From Thermodesulfobacterium commune DSM 2178 (GTDB lineage Bacteria; Desulfobacterota; Thermodesulfobacteria; Thermodesulfobacteriales; Thermodesulfobacteriaceae), in contig NZ_CP008796.1 in NCBI RefSeq assembly GCF_000734015.1, forward strand, positions 90,001 through 122,000: a DNA stretch of 32,000 nt, in the 5' to 3' direction. How positions within the stretch are numbered: position 1 is the stretch's first letter; the number at the start of each line of letters is the position of its first letter. A program made the translations under genes and the position numbers. A model generated the notes under the pieces. That model did not search any database and had not been told where the DNA came from. It saw only the letters and a program-made list of their open reading frames with translations. Below, piece by piece: positions 7,230 through 15,396 of the stretch.

Positions 7230-8579
7230 ATGAAGGGAAGGGTTGTTTTAATCGGTAAAGGCGTAGAGGTAAAACTTTTAAAAGACCTTTTAACAGAAAG
7301 AGGGATAGAAACTATTTTGTTTTCTCAAGAAGAAGAAATATCTCCCAAGATAGACCCAAACAACATAGATGTTTTGGTCTATGAATTGGAATATGAACGG
7401 ACAAAAAACTTAGAGGTGTTAAACAGACTTTTTAAACAAGGTTTCAAAAACGTCATCTTTTTAGCAGAAAAGGCAGACCTAGAGGATGCCGTTGAGTTTG
7501 TAAAACATGGGGCTTATGATTTCAAGCTTCTTTCTACCCCTCTTGAACTGATAGAAAACACCGTGCTTTTTGCTTTAGAAGATAAAAGAATCTTGTGGCA
7601 AGAAGAAACCTTCCTTACAAAAAACCCTTACATGTTAGAGATTTTAAAAAAACTTGAAGTAGTAGCTCAAAGTAAAGCTCCTGTTCTTTTGTTAGGGGAA
7701 TCTGGGACAGGAAAAGAACTTCTTGCTAAGTATATACATCAAAAAAGTCCCAGAAGGTTTGGGCCTTTTATCGCTATCAATTGTGCTGCCCTCCCAGAAA
7801 CCCTTCTTGAATCAGAACTTTTTGGCTATGAAAAAGGAGCTTTTTCAGGGGCTAATTTTAGAAAAAAAGGTAAGATAGAACTGGCAGAAGGAGGTACCCT
7901 TTTTTTAGACGAAATAGCTGAAATGCATCCTTCCCTTCAAAGTAAACTACTCAGGGTGTTACAAGAGGGTGAGGTTGATAGGCTTGGTGGATACCATCCT
8001 ATTAAAGTAGATGTTAGGTTTTTAGCAGCAACCAACAGAGACATAGAAAAGGAGGTCAAAGAAGGAAGGTTTAGGTCAGACCTGTTTTATAGATTAAACG
8101 TTATTACCGTCAAAATTCCTCCGTTAAGAGAGAGAAAAGAAGATGTCAAATTTTTGTCAAAATTTTTTCTGGAAAAATTTTCCCGTATGTACAAAAAGAG
8201 TTTACAGGGTTTTTCTGAGGAGGCTCAAAGGTTTTTGATGGATTATTCTTTTCCTGGGAACGTAAGAGAGTTAAAGAACATGATAGAAAGGGCGGTGCTT
8301 ACCTGTGAAGGAGAGTTGATAGAGGTTAAACATCTGATAGATCCTTTTTCTCAGTCTGAAAATTTAGTCCATTATTTAGGCATAAATTTTGATAACAAAC
8401 AGACAGAGATAGAGGTAAAACCTTTAGAGGTGCTTGAAAAAGAGGCTATCATGAAGGCTTTAGAGGTAGCTAAAGGTAATAAAACTAAGGCAGCTGAGCT
8501 TTTAGGAATTACGGTTAGGACTTTAAGAAATAAGTTAAAGCAATATAAGAATGAAAAGGGGTTTGAAGGGAGGTTTTAA
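7230..8579 (+). CDS. sigma-54-dependent activator with degenerate receiver domain (FlbD/FleQ-like flagellar regulator)
   Basis: 449 aa with [32 protein letters not shown] and the C-terminal HTH GNKTKAAELLGITVRTLRNKLKQY. The N-terminal ~120 aa are receiver-like, but the acidic pocket is missing: VVLIGKG replaces the DD pair and VLVYELEY replaces the phospho-accepting D. It ends 3 nt before flgB. Confidence 0.8.
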   Translation: MKGRVVLIGKGVEVKLLKDLLTERGIETILFSQEEEISPKIDPNNIDVLVYELEYERTKNLEVLNRLFKQGFKNVIFLAEKADLEDAVEFVKHGAYDFKLLSTPLELIENTVLFALEDKRILWQEETFLTKNPYMLEILKKLEVVAQSKAPVLLLGESGTGKELLAKYIHQKSPRRFGPFIAINCAALPETLLESELFGYEKGAFSGANFRKKGKIELAEGGTLFLDEIAEMHPSLQSKLLRVLQEGEVDRLGGYHPIKVDVRFLAATNRDIEKEVKEGRFRSDLFYRLNVITVKIPPLRERKEDVKFLSKFFLEKFSRMYKKSLQGFSEEAQRFLMDYSFPGNVRELKNMIERAVLTCEGELIEVKHLIDPFSQSENLVHYLGINFDNKQTEIEVKPLEVLEKEAIMKALEVAKGNKTKAAELLGITVRTLRNKLKQYKNEKGFEGRF

Positions 8580-8582
8580 GGG

Positions 8583-8981
8583 ATGTGGGGTTTATTTGAA
8601 AAAACTTTTAACACAGTAAGATTAGCTCTAAACTTAAGGGCTAAGAGACATAGCCTGCTTGCGTCAAACATAGCAAATGTAGATACCCCTGGTTATCGGA
8701 GAAGAGATTTACCGTTCGAAAAGGTTATGCAGGTTTATCTTTCGAACGAACCTAACCTTAAAACCACCAGACCTAAACATATTACCGGAAAAGAATCTCT
8801 TGTCAAAAATTTGACGGAAACTGTAGAGAGATGGCAAACCTTAGGTACCCCTAATAATGTGAGTTTGGAAGAAGAAATAAGTGCTCTCACAGAGAACCAG
8901 TTGATGTATGAAGCTACGTTGCAGGCTTTAGCCAAGGAGTTAGAAAGGTTAAAGGAGGCTATTACTGAGGGAGGTAAATAA
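8583..8981 (+). CDS. flgB: flagellar basal-body rod protein FlgB
   Basis: 132 aa with the N-terminal rod motif SNIANVDTPGYRR. It holds the first position of a flgB-flgC-fliE-fliF order. Confidence 0.9.
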   Translation: MWGLFEKTFNTVRLALNLRAKRHSLLASNIANVDTPGYRRRDLPFEKVMQVYLSNEPNLKTTRPKHITGKESLVKNLTETVERWQTLGTPNNVSLEEEISALTENQLMYEATLQALAKELERLKEAITEGGK

Positions 8982-8983
8982 GG

Positions 8984-9403
8984 ATGAGGCTTTTAGATGT
9001 TTCTAAGGTTGCTGCAAGTGGGCTTTTTGCCCAAAGAACCAGGTTAAACGTAGCAGCTACCAACATTGCTAACGCTCAAGTTACGCGCACCTTAGAAGGA
9101 GGTCCTTATAAGGCCAAAAATGTAGTTTTAAAGGCTGTCCCTTTTAATTCAAAGAATTCAAAGGAGAGTCCGTTAAGGCTGGTAAAGGTAGAAAAGATAG
9201 AGGATAGCAAAGCGCCATTTAGGGAGGTTTATGACCCAGGACATCCAGATGCAGACGCAAGGGGGATTGTTAAATATCCTAACGTAGATGTGATTACTGA
9301 AATGGTTGAGCTTCTTTCTGCAGGTAGGGCTTATGAGGCTAATCTTTCTGTGTTGTCTACCTCTAAAAGTATGATCCAGAGAACTTTAGAGCTTTTAAAA
9401 TAA
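8984..9403 (+). CDS. flgC: flagellar basal-body rod protein FlgC
   Basis: 139 aa with TNIANAQVTRT..GGPY and the C-terminal YEANLSV rod-protein motif. Confidence 0.9.
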   Translation: MRLLDVSKVAASGLFAQRTRLNVAATNIANAQVTRTLEGGPYKAKNVVLKAVPFNSKNSKESPLRLVKVEKIEDSKAPFREVYDPGHPDADARGIVKYPNVDVITEMVELLSAGRAYEANLSVLSTSKSMIQRTLELLK

Positions 9404-9420
9404 GGAGGTGAAATAAATCG

Positions 9421-9714
9421 ATGAAGGTTAATCCCTCGTTGTTAAGTAACTATCAAAAGGTTGATAACCTTATTCAGAAAGATAAGGTAGAAGGCCTAAG
9501 TTTTAAAGATTTTTTGATGGACAAATTAAAAGAGGTGGATGATTCTCAGAAAAAGGCTCTGGCTGCTATCGAGGCTTTGGCTAAAGGAGAAGATGTAGAC
9601 ATTTCGGATGTAGCTTTGAGTATTTCCAAGGCTGATACCAATTTTAAACTTCTTTTGAGAATAAGGAATAAGGTACTTGAGGCTTATCAAGAAATCATGA
9701 GGATGCAAATCTAA
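9421..9714 (+). CDS. fliE: flagellar hook-basal body complex protein FliE
   Basis: 97 aa with the C-terminus IRNKVLEAYQEIMRMQI, which is characteristic of FliE. Confidence 0.9.
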   Translation: MKVNPSLLSNYQKVDNLIQKDKVEGLSFKDFLMDKLKEVDDSQKKALAAIEALAKGEDVDISDVALSISKADTNFKLLLRIRNKVLEAYQEIMRMQI

Positions 9715-9734
9715 CGTCTTAGGGGAAGTTTGGT

Positions 9735-11306
9735 ATGGCTATGCCGAATCTTAGGGAATTGCCAGGTCAACTAAAGGAATTTTGGACAAGGTTAGATAAC
9801 CGAAAACGTTTTATGTTGATAGGGGGTAGCTTAGGGCTTACCCTACTTTTGGTTTTAGGGGTTTGGTTGGTTTCTAAACCAAACTGGGGTTTACTTTACC
9901 GGGGAATGGATGAAGCTACCAATCATCAGATTATTCAATATTTAAAGGAACAGAAGATTCCCTACAAGGTTGACCCAGATGGAAGTATTTACGTTCCTAA
10001 GGATAAAGTGCCTGAGCTTCGTATGGAGATAGCAGGAAAAGGGCTGGTAGGTGGGTATCGAGGTCCAGGGTTTGAGCTTTTCGATAAAGAACAGATGGGT
10101 CTTACTGAGTTTCAGGAAAAGGTGAACTATCAGAGAGCTTTAGAGGGTGAGCTGGCAAGAAGTATTCAAGGAATAAAAGGGATAAAATCAGTCAGGGTGC
10201 ATTTAGCTATGCCTAAGGAAAGTCTTTTTATCGAGGAAGAAAAGCCTCCTAAGGCCTCGGTTTTGATAGAACTTCTTCCTGGATATGAACTTACTCCCAA
10301 TCAAATAAGAGGCATCATCAATTTTGTAAGTGGGGCAGTTCCTAAGCTTGACCCAAAGAATGTAACCATCGTAGATGCCACCACCGGGAAAAGCATCAAA
10401 CTGCCTTCTGAAGAAGAGGAGTTTACCACCACTCAGCTTGCTTACAAAAAAAAGATAGAAGAGGAGTTTAAAACTAAGATAGAAGACATGTTAGAAAAGG
10501 CTTTAGGTCCAGGTAAAGCGGTAGCTCAGGTTGCGGTAGAGATTTCTTTTGATAAAGAAAAATTGGTAGAAGAAACCTACGACCCAGAAGGTACCGCGGT
10601 GGTTTCTGAAGAGGCAGAAGAAGAGCAAAAGACCTCCAGGGGCCCTACTGAAGGAGGGGTGGCAGGGGTTAAAGGAACTCTGGAACAAAAGTTTGAGGCA
10701 ACCTCCCCAGAGCAAGGGCAGGGAGAAACTTATTCTAAGAAAAGGGTGGTTAAAAACTACGAAGTTAGTAAAAAGGTAAGAAATCTTGAAATTTCTCCAG
10801 GAAGTATTAAAAAAATAAGTGTAGCGGTGTTGGTTGACAAGTCAGTCCTTGCAGATAACTCTACAGAAAAGGTAGTATGGTTAGAAAACTTGGTAAAAGG
10901 TGCTATTGGGTATAACCCAGACAGAGGAGATGAGGTTAAGGTTGAAGTTAAAGAATTTTCAAAACCACCGGTGGTGAAACCAGGGATGATGGATTATGTA
11001 GCTAAATTTTATAAGCCTTTATTGTTGATTTTAGGTTTGATAGTACTTTATCTTCTGGTGATACGACCATTGCTAAAGAGTATCGCTCCTAAGCCTGCAC
11101 CAGCTCCAGGTATAGAACCAGTTGCAGAGGCTGTTCCTCCTACTTTAGAAGCTAAGGTTGCTGAAGAAGAGGGGCCTTTACCACATGAAATCGCTTTAGG
11201 TATCATTCAAAGTCAACCTGAAAAGGCTGCTATGCTGGTTAAAAAATGGCTTTTAGAGGAAAGTATAGAAGAAAGAAAGAAGGCTTTGGCAGAGGCTGGG
11301 TACTAG
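9735..11306 (+). CDS. fliF: flagellar M-ring protein FliF
   Basis: 523 aa. It has an N-terminal TM segment, a YscJ/FliF-like periplasmic region (YQRALEGELARSI), a second TM near residue 440, and a C-terminal FliG-binding tail. Confidence 0.9.
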   Translation: MAMPNLRELPGQLKEFWTRLDNRKRFMLIGGSLGLTLLLVLGVWLVSKPNWGLLYRGMDEATNHQIIQYLKEQKIPYKVDPDGSIYVPKDKVPELRMEIAGKGLVGGYRGPGFELFDKEQMGLTEFQEKVNYQRALEGELARSIQGIKGIKSVRVHLAMPKESLFIEEEKPPKASVLIELLPGYELTPNQIRGIINFVSGAVPKLDPKNVTIVDATTGKSIKLPSEEEEFTTTQLAYKKKIEEEFKTKIEDMLEKALGPGKAVAQVAVEISFDKEKLVEETYDPEGTAVVSEEAEEEQKTSRGPTEGGVAGVKGTLEQKFEATSPEQGQGETYSKKRVVKNYEVSKKVRNLEISPGSIKKISVAVLVDKSVLADNSTEKVVWLENLVKGAIGYNPDRGDEVKVEVKEFSKPPVVKPGMMDYVAKFYKPLLLILGLIVLYLLVIRPLLKSIAPKPAPAPGIEPVAEAVPPTLEAKVAEEEGPLPHEIALGIIQSQPEKAAMLVKKWLLEESIEERKKALAEAGY

Positions 11307-11309
11307 GTT

Positions 11310-12320
11310 ATGGCTAAAATAGACCCTGATAAGCTTACCGGTCCTCAAAAAGCAGCTATATTCCTTATGTTGATGGGAGAGGAGTTTACTTCTCAGGTTT
11401 ATAAATATTTAGACGAAGACGACATAAAGCGTATCGGTATAGAGATGGCAAAGATTGAGTACATTCCTGCTGAAGCAGTAAGAAAGGTCCTCGAAGAGGC
11501 TAACATCGAAGCTAAGGAAATGTTAGGAGATGTGACCGTTTCTCCTGAAGAGTTTTTGAAACAGTCACTTATCAAGGCTTATGGTGAAAAAGGAAAAGAA
11601 ATTTTTGAAGAAATTAAAAAGGAAATAGGGCCAGAAACCTTTAAGAAACTTAAGAAACTCGACCCAAAGACTATCGCTAGTTTTTTGTCAAACGAGCATC
11701 CTCAGACTATAGCCATCATCTTGGTTCACTTAGACTCAGAACTCTCAGGACAGGTTTTACAGTTTCTGCCTGAAAAACTTAGGGCTGAAGTGCTTTTAAG
11801 AATAGCACTTTTAAACAAGGTAGACCCAGAGATTGTTAAAGAAATAAGCGATGCTTTAGAAAGTGAGCTTCAAAGTGTAGGGGGAGCTTTGGGTAAAAAG
11901 ATTGGAGGACCAGAAAAAGCAGCAGAGGTTCTTTCTCATGCAGGAAGAGAACTAGAAGATGAAATCTTAAGCGAGATAGAAGACGAAAACCCAGCCTTAG
12001 CAGAAGAAATCAGAAAATATCTGTTTACGTTTGAAGACTTTCTTAACGTGGATGACTTTGCTATCCAAACCTTGCTTAGAGAGATTTCTACCGATGATTT
12101 GAAATTGGCCTTAAAAGGGGCTTCTCCTGAGATCAGAGAAAAGTTCTTCCGGAACATGAGTAAACGAGCGGCAGACCTTATGAAAGAAGAACTTGAAATG
12201 ATGGGGCCTGTAAGGATTAGTGAGGTGGAAAAGGCTCAGCAAAACATCATCAGGGTGGCTAAAAAGTTAGAGCAAGAAGGTAAGATAATACTCAGTAAAG
12301 GTGAAGAGGAGTTTGTCTAA
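11310..12320 (+). CDS. fliG: flagellar motor switch protein FliG
   Basis: 336 aa with LTGPQKAAIFLMLMGEE at the N-terminus and a MSKRAADLMKEELEMMGPVR C-terminal domain. Confidence 0.92.
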   Translation: MAKIDPDKLTGPQKAAIFLMLMGEEFTSQVYKYLDEDDIKRIGIEMAKIEYIPAEAVRKVLEEANIEAKEMLGDVTVSPEEFLKQSLIKAYGEKGKEIFEEIKKEIGPETFKKLKKLDPKTIASFLSNEHPQTIAIILVHLDSELSGQVLQFLPEKLRAEVLLRIALLNKVDPEIVKEISDALESELQSVGGALGKKIGGPEKAAEVLSHAGRELEDEILSEIEDENPALAEEIRKYLFTFEDFLNVDDFAIQTLLREISTDDLKLALKGASPEIREKFFRNMSKRAADLMKEELEMMGPVRISEVEKAQQNIIRVAKKLEQEGKIILSKGEEEFV

Positions 12321-13077
12321 GGTACTGAAGAGTCATAAAATTTCTTGTTTTGAACTTTTAACTCCAGATCTAACTCCCTCAGAAGAGGAAAGCTTTAAAT
12401 CTATCCTTAGAGAACAGGAAGAAACCAACAAAGATTCTAACAAAAAAGCCTCTACTGTTTCTCCAGAAGAGTTGTTAGAACAAAGGCTTAAAGAGGCTTA
12501 TGAAAAGGGATATCAGCAGGGATTTGAGTTGGGGAAAACTGAGGGGTTCCAGGCAGGGTATCATGAGGGATTAACCAGAGGATACGAAGAAGGAAAAGCT
12601 AAGGTTGAGGAAGAACTGAAGACTAAGTATCAAGAGTTAGAGGAAGCTTTAAAAAAGGAATTTCAACTTAAGTTAGAGGAAGTTTCAAAATTTTTAAAAA
12701 ACTTAGAAGAAGAAGTTCAAGCTCTTGTTCTAAATCTTGACAAAGAGGTTTTAACCTTAGCGTTAAAGATTGCCCAAAAGATGGTTTTAAAAGAAATAAC
12801 CATAGAGAAAGAAACCACGCTTAACTTGATAAAAGAGGCTTTAAATTATATAGCTGAAGGGATAGAAATTAACCTAAAGGTTAACCCCGAGGAGTTTGGT
12901 TTTATAAAGGAAAATCTTTCTCAGTTAGTTGGCCCTTCGTCCAAGATCAATCTTATCGCTGATCCTAATATTTCTAAGGGAGGGGTTTTTATGGAAACTG
13001 CTTTAGGTGTGGTGGATGCTACTTTAGAAAAGAGATGGGAAAGGCTTTTAGCGGAACTTTTTAAAGATGAAGGTTAA
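12301..13077 (+). CDS. fliH: flagellar assembly protein FliH
   Basis: 258 aa located between fliG and fliI. It carries a run of GxxxG repeats (GYQQGFELGKTEGFQAGYHEGLTRGYEEG) followed by a coiled coil, which is a FliH/YscL hallmark. The GTG start overlaps the fliG end, and the exact start is uncertain. Confidence 0.8.
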   Translation: MKRSLSKVLKSHKISCFELLTPDLTPSEEESFKSILREQEETNKDSNKKASTVSPEELLEQRLKEAYEKGYQQGFELGKTEGFQAGYHEGLTRGYEEGKAKVEEELKTKYQELEEALKKEFQLKLEEVSKFLKNLEEEVQALVLNLDKEVLTLALKIAQKMVLKEITIEKETTLNLIKEALNYIAEGIEINLKVNPEEFGFIKENLSQLVGPSSKINLIADPNISKGGVFMETALGVVDATLEKRWERLLAELFKDEG

Positions 13078-14374
13078 AGATCTAGGAGTCTATTTAAAAA
13101 GAGTAGAAAACATTTTACCTTTTGAGGTTTATGGCTATGTTACCAAGGTGTTAGGGTTGACTGTAGAAAGTACAGGGCCTTTCCTAAAGGTAGGAGACCT
13201 TTGTAAGGTCGAAGGTCAGGAAAAGAGTGTTTTGGCTGAGGTAGTAGGTTTTAATGATAATCGGTTTATCCTTACAGCCTTAGGAGATTTAAAAGGGATA
13301 GAGGTTGGAGCTAAGGTTTATCCATTAGGCTCTTCTTATGCCCCGGTAGGCGAAAAATTTTTAGGAAGGATAGTTAATGCCTTAGGAGAACCATTAGACC
13401 AGGGTCTATCTCCAAAGGCTTCAGACTTATATCCTCTTTATGGAGAACCTTTAAAACCTCTGGAAAGAGCTCCTATAAAAGAGATTTTAGACGTAGGGAT
13501 AAAGGCAATAAACGCCCTTTTGACGATCGGAAGGGGCCAGAGAATGGCTATCATGGCAGGGTCTGGGGTTGGGAAAAGTACCTTGCTTGGTATGATTGCC
13601 AGATATACAGAGGCTGATGTTAACGTGATAGCCTTGATAGGAGAGAGAGGAAGAGAGGTAAGAGAGTTTATCGAAAGGGACTTAAGGGAGAGTATTAAAA
13701 AATCGGTGGTGGTTGTGGCTACTTCTGATGAGGCTCCTTCTATGAGGATAAGGGCAGCTTATTATGCTATGAGTTTGGCTGAATATTTTAGGGATAAAGG
13801 TTTAAGGGTACTTTTGCTGATGGATTCCCTTACCAGATTTTGTATGGCAGGAAGAGAAATAGGATTAGCCTCAGGAGAACCTCCTACTGCGAGAGGTTAT
13901 ACCCCTTCTGTGTTTGCCATGCTTCCTAAGGTGCTAGAAAGAGCAGGAGCTAAGGTTGGAGGAGGAGATATCACCGCTATCTATACTGTGCTGGTGGAAG
14001 GGGATGATTTTAATGACCCTATAGCAGATGCAGTTAGAAGTATCGTGGATGGCCATATTGTACTTTCCAGAGACCTTGCTCATGAAGGGCATTATCCTCC
14101 GATAGATGTCCTTGCCAGTATAAGCAGGTTGATGAAGGACATCGTCCCAAAAGAACATTTAGAATTGGCCTATCAAACCATTTCTATACTTGCTACCTAT
14201 AAAAAAGCCGAAGACTTGATTAACATAGGTGCCTATGTTAAAGGTTCTAATCCTGAAATAGACAGGGCTTTATCCTTGATAAAACCTTTAAAAGAATTTT
14301 TAAGACAAAACTTGGACGAAAAGTATGATTTAGGTACTTCTCTAACACTTCTCAAGAATGTTTTAGCAGGATAA
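13067..14374 (+). CDS. fliI: flagellum-specific ATP synthase FliI
   Basis: 435 aa with Walker A GSGVGKST and Walker B LLLMDSLTR. Overall it resembles an F1-beta/T3SS ATPase. Confidence 0.93.
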   Translation: MKVKDLGVYLKRVENILPFEVYGYVTKVLGLTVESTGPFLKVGDLCKVEGQEKSVLAEVVGFNDNRFILTALGDLKGIEVGAKVYPLGSSYAPVGEKFLGRIVNALGEPLDQGLSPKASDLYPLYGEPLKPLERAPIKEILDVGIKAINALLTIGRGQRMAIMAGSGVGKSTLLGMIARYTEADVNVIALIGERGREVREFIERDLRESIKKSVVVVATSDEAPSMRIRAAYYAMSLAEYFRDKGLRVLLLMDSLTRFCMAGREIGLASGEPPTARGYTPSVFAMLPKVLERAGAKVGGGDITAIYTVLVEGDDFNDPIADAVRSIVDGHIVLSRDLAHEGHYPPIDVLASISRLMKDIVPKEHLELAYQTISILATYKKAEDLINIGAYVKGSNPEIDRALSLIKPLKEFLRQNLDEKYDLGTSLTLLKNVLAG

Positions 14375-14375
14375 A

Positions 14376-14807
14376 ATGAAAAATAAACTCAAGGTTTTCA
14401 AGACCTTAGCTTGGTATAAGGAGCTAAAGGAAGAACAAACTAAAGCTAAGATGTTACATGCTAAGCAGGTTTATCAAAGCCTTTTGGAAGAAAAAGAAAA
14501 AATGATAAAGGAAAAGGAAGAAGATCTTAAAGATTTACAGACAAAAAAGGTCTTAACAGCAGAAGAATTAAAAGCCTACTTAGAAAGGTTAGAAGTTTTT
14601 TTTTCGGAAAAAGAACAGTTAGAAAAAAAGATAGAAGCTCAAAAAAGGGAGTTAGACTTGCTTTTAGAAGAGTTGAGGCAAACCCATCAAGAAAAAAGGG
14701 TAGCTGAGGTTTTAAGGGATAAAACTTACAGACTTTTTTATGAAGAAGGTTTAAAGAATTTTTATCGGCAGATGGATGATCTTATGATGCTTAAAAGAGG
14801 AAAGTAG
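14376..14807 (+). CDS. fliJ: flagellar export chaperone FliJ
   Basis: 143-aa all-coiled-coil protein immediately after fliI, which is the conserved position. Confidence 0.75.
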   Translation: MKNKLKVFKTLAWYKELKEEQTKAKMLHAKQVYQSLLEEKEKMIKEKEEDLKDLQTKKVLTAEELKAYLERLEVFFSEKEQLEKKIEAQKRELDLLLEELRQTHQEKRVAEVLRDKTYRLFYEEGLKNFYRQMDDLMMLKRGK

Positions 14808-15395
14808 ATGAAAAATAGGTTTGACGAAATTTTAAAGAAAGGGATAAGACCGTTAGAAAGCATGAGGTTTCTTACCAGAACTAAAAATCTTTTTTTGTTT
14901 TTGTTTGGTTTAGGGATTTTTAAGTTGTTTTTAGCTTTACTGGTTTTTGGGGTGCATGTGTATGAGTTAAGCGCAAAAGAAGAAAAATTACCTGCAGGTT
15001 GTCCTCCTGATTTTGCAGATTTTCTACAGGTAGAAAGGCAAAGGCTTAGTGATAAAGAAAAGGAGTTAAGGTTAAAACAAGAGGAATTGAAACTTTTAGA
15101 AGCCCGTATCCAGGAACAACTAACCTCTTTAAAAGAGTTAGAGGCTTCGGTAGAGGAAAAATTAAACAGGATCCAGGCAGTCCAGGATGAGAGGACCAAA
15201 CTTTTAGTTAAGGCTATTTCTGAGATGAAACCTTCTAAGGCTGCAGACATGTTGATAAACATGGACAAAGATATGGCTGTTAAAATCCTTTCCCAGCTGA
15301 AAAGCTCCCAGGTAGCAAGTATTTTAAGCGCTATGCCTCCAGATAAAGCAGCCTCCATTTCAGAAAGCCTCTCAGGTAAGGAAGGTAAAGAATAG
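14808..15395 (+). CDS. YlxF/MotE-like flagellar protein with MgtE_N-like domain
   Basis: 195 aa with an N-terminal TM helix, a coiled coil, and C-terminal PSKAADMLINMDKDMAVKILSQLKSSQVASILSAMPPDKAA (MgtE-N-type repeat). It occupies the position after fliJ, as in Bacillus-type fla/che operons. Confidence 0.7.
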   Translation: MKNRFDEILKKGIRPLESMRFLTRTKNLFLFLFGLGIFKLFLALLVFGVHVYELSAKEEKLPAGCPPDFADFLQVERQRLSDKEKELRLKQEELKLLEARIQEQLTSLKELEASVEEKLNRIQAVQDERTKLLVKAISEMKPSKAADMLINMDKDMAVKILSQLKSSQVASILSAMPPDKAASISESLSGKEGKE

Positions 15396-15396
15396 A

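Noticed and set aside
8400-8582. Sigma-54 or sigma-28 promoter immediately upstream of flgB
   Set aside because: There is no TGG-N8-TTGC or TAAA-N15-GCCGATAA match in the 3' end of the activator gene. flgB is only 3 nt downstream and is probably co-transcribed.
14762-15358. 198-aa minus-strand ORF
   Set aside because: It is antisense to the ylxF/MotE-like gene, which has a recognisable MgtE_N-like motif and operon context. The antisense product is low-complexity (S/L/F-rich) with no SD, so it is a shadow ORF.
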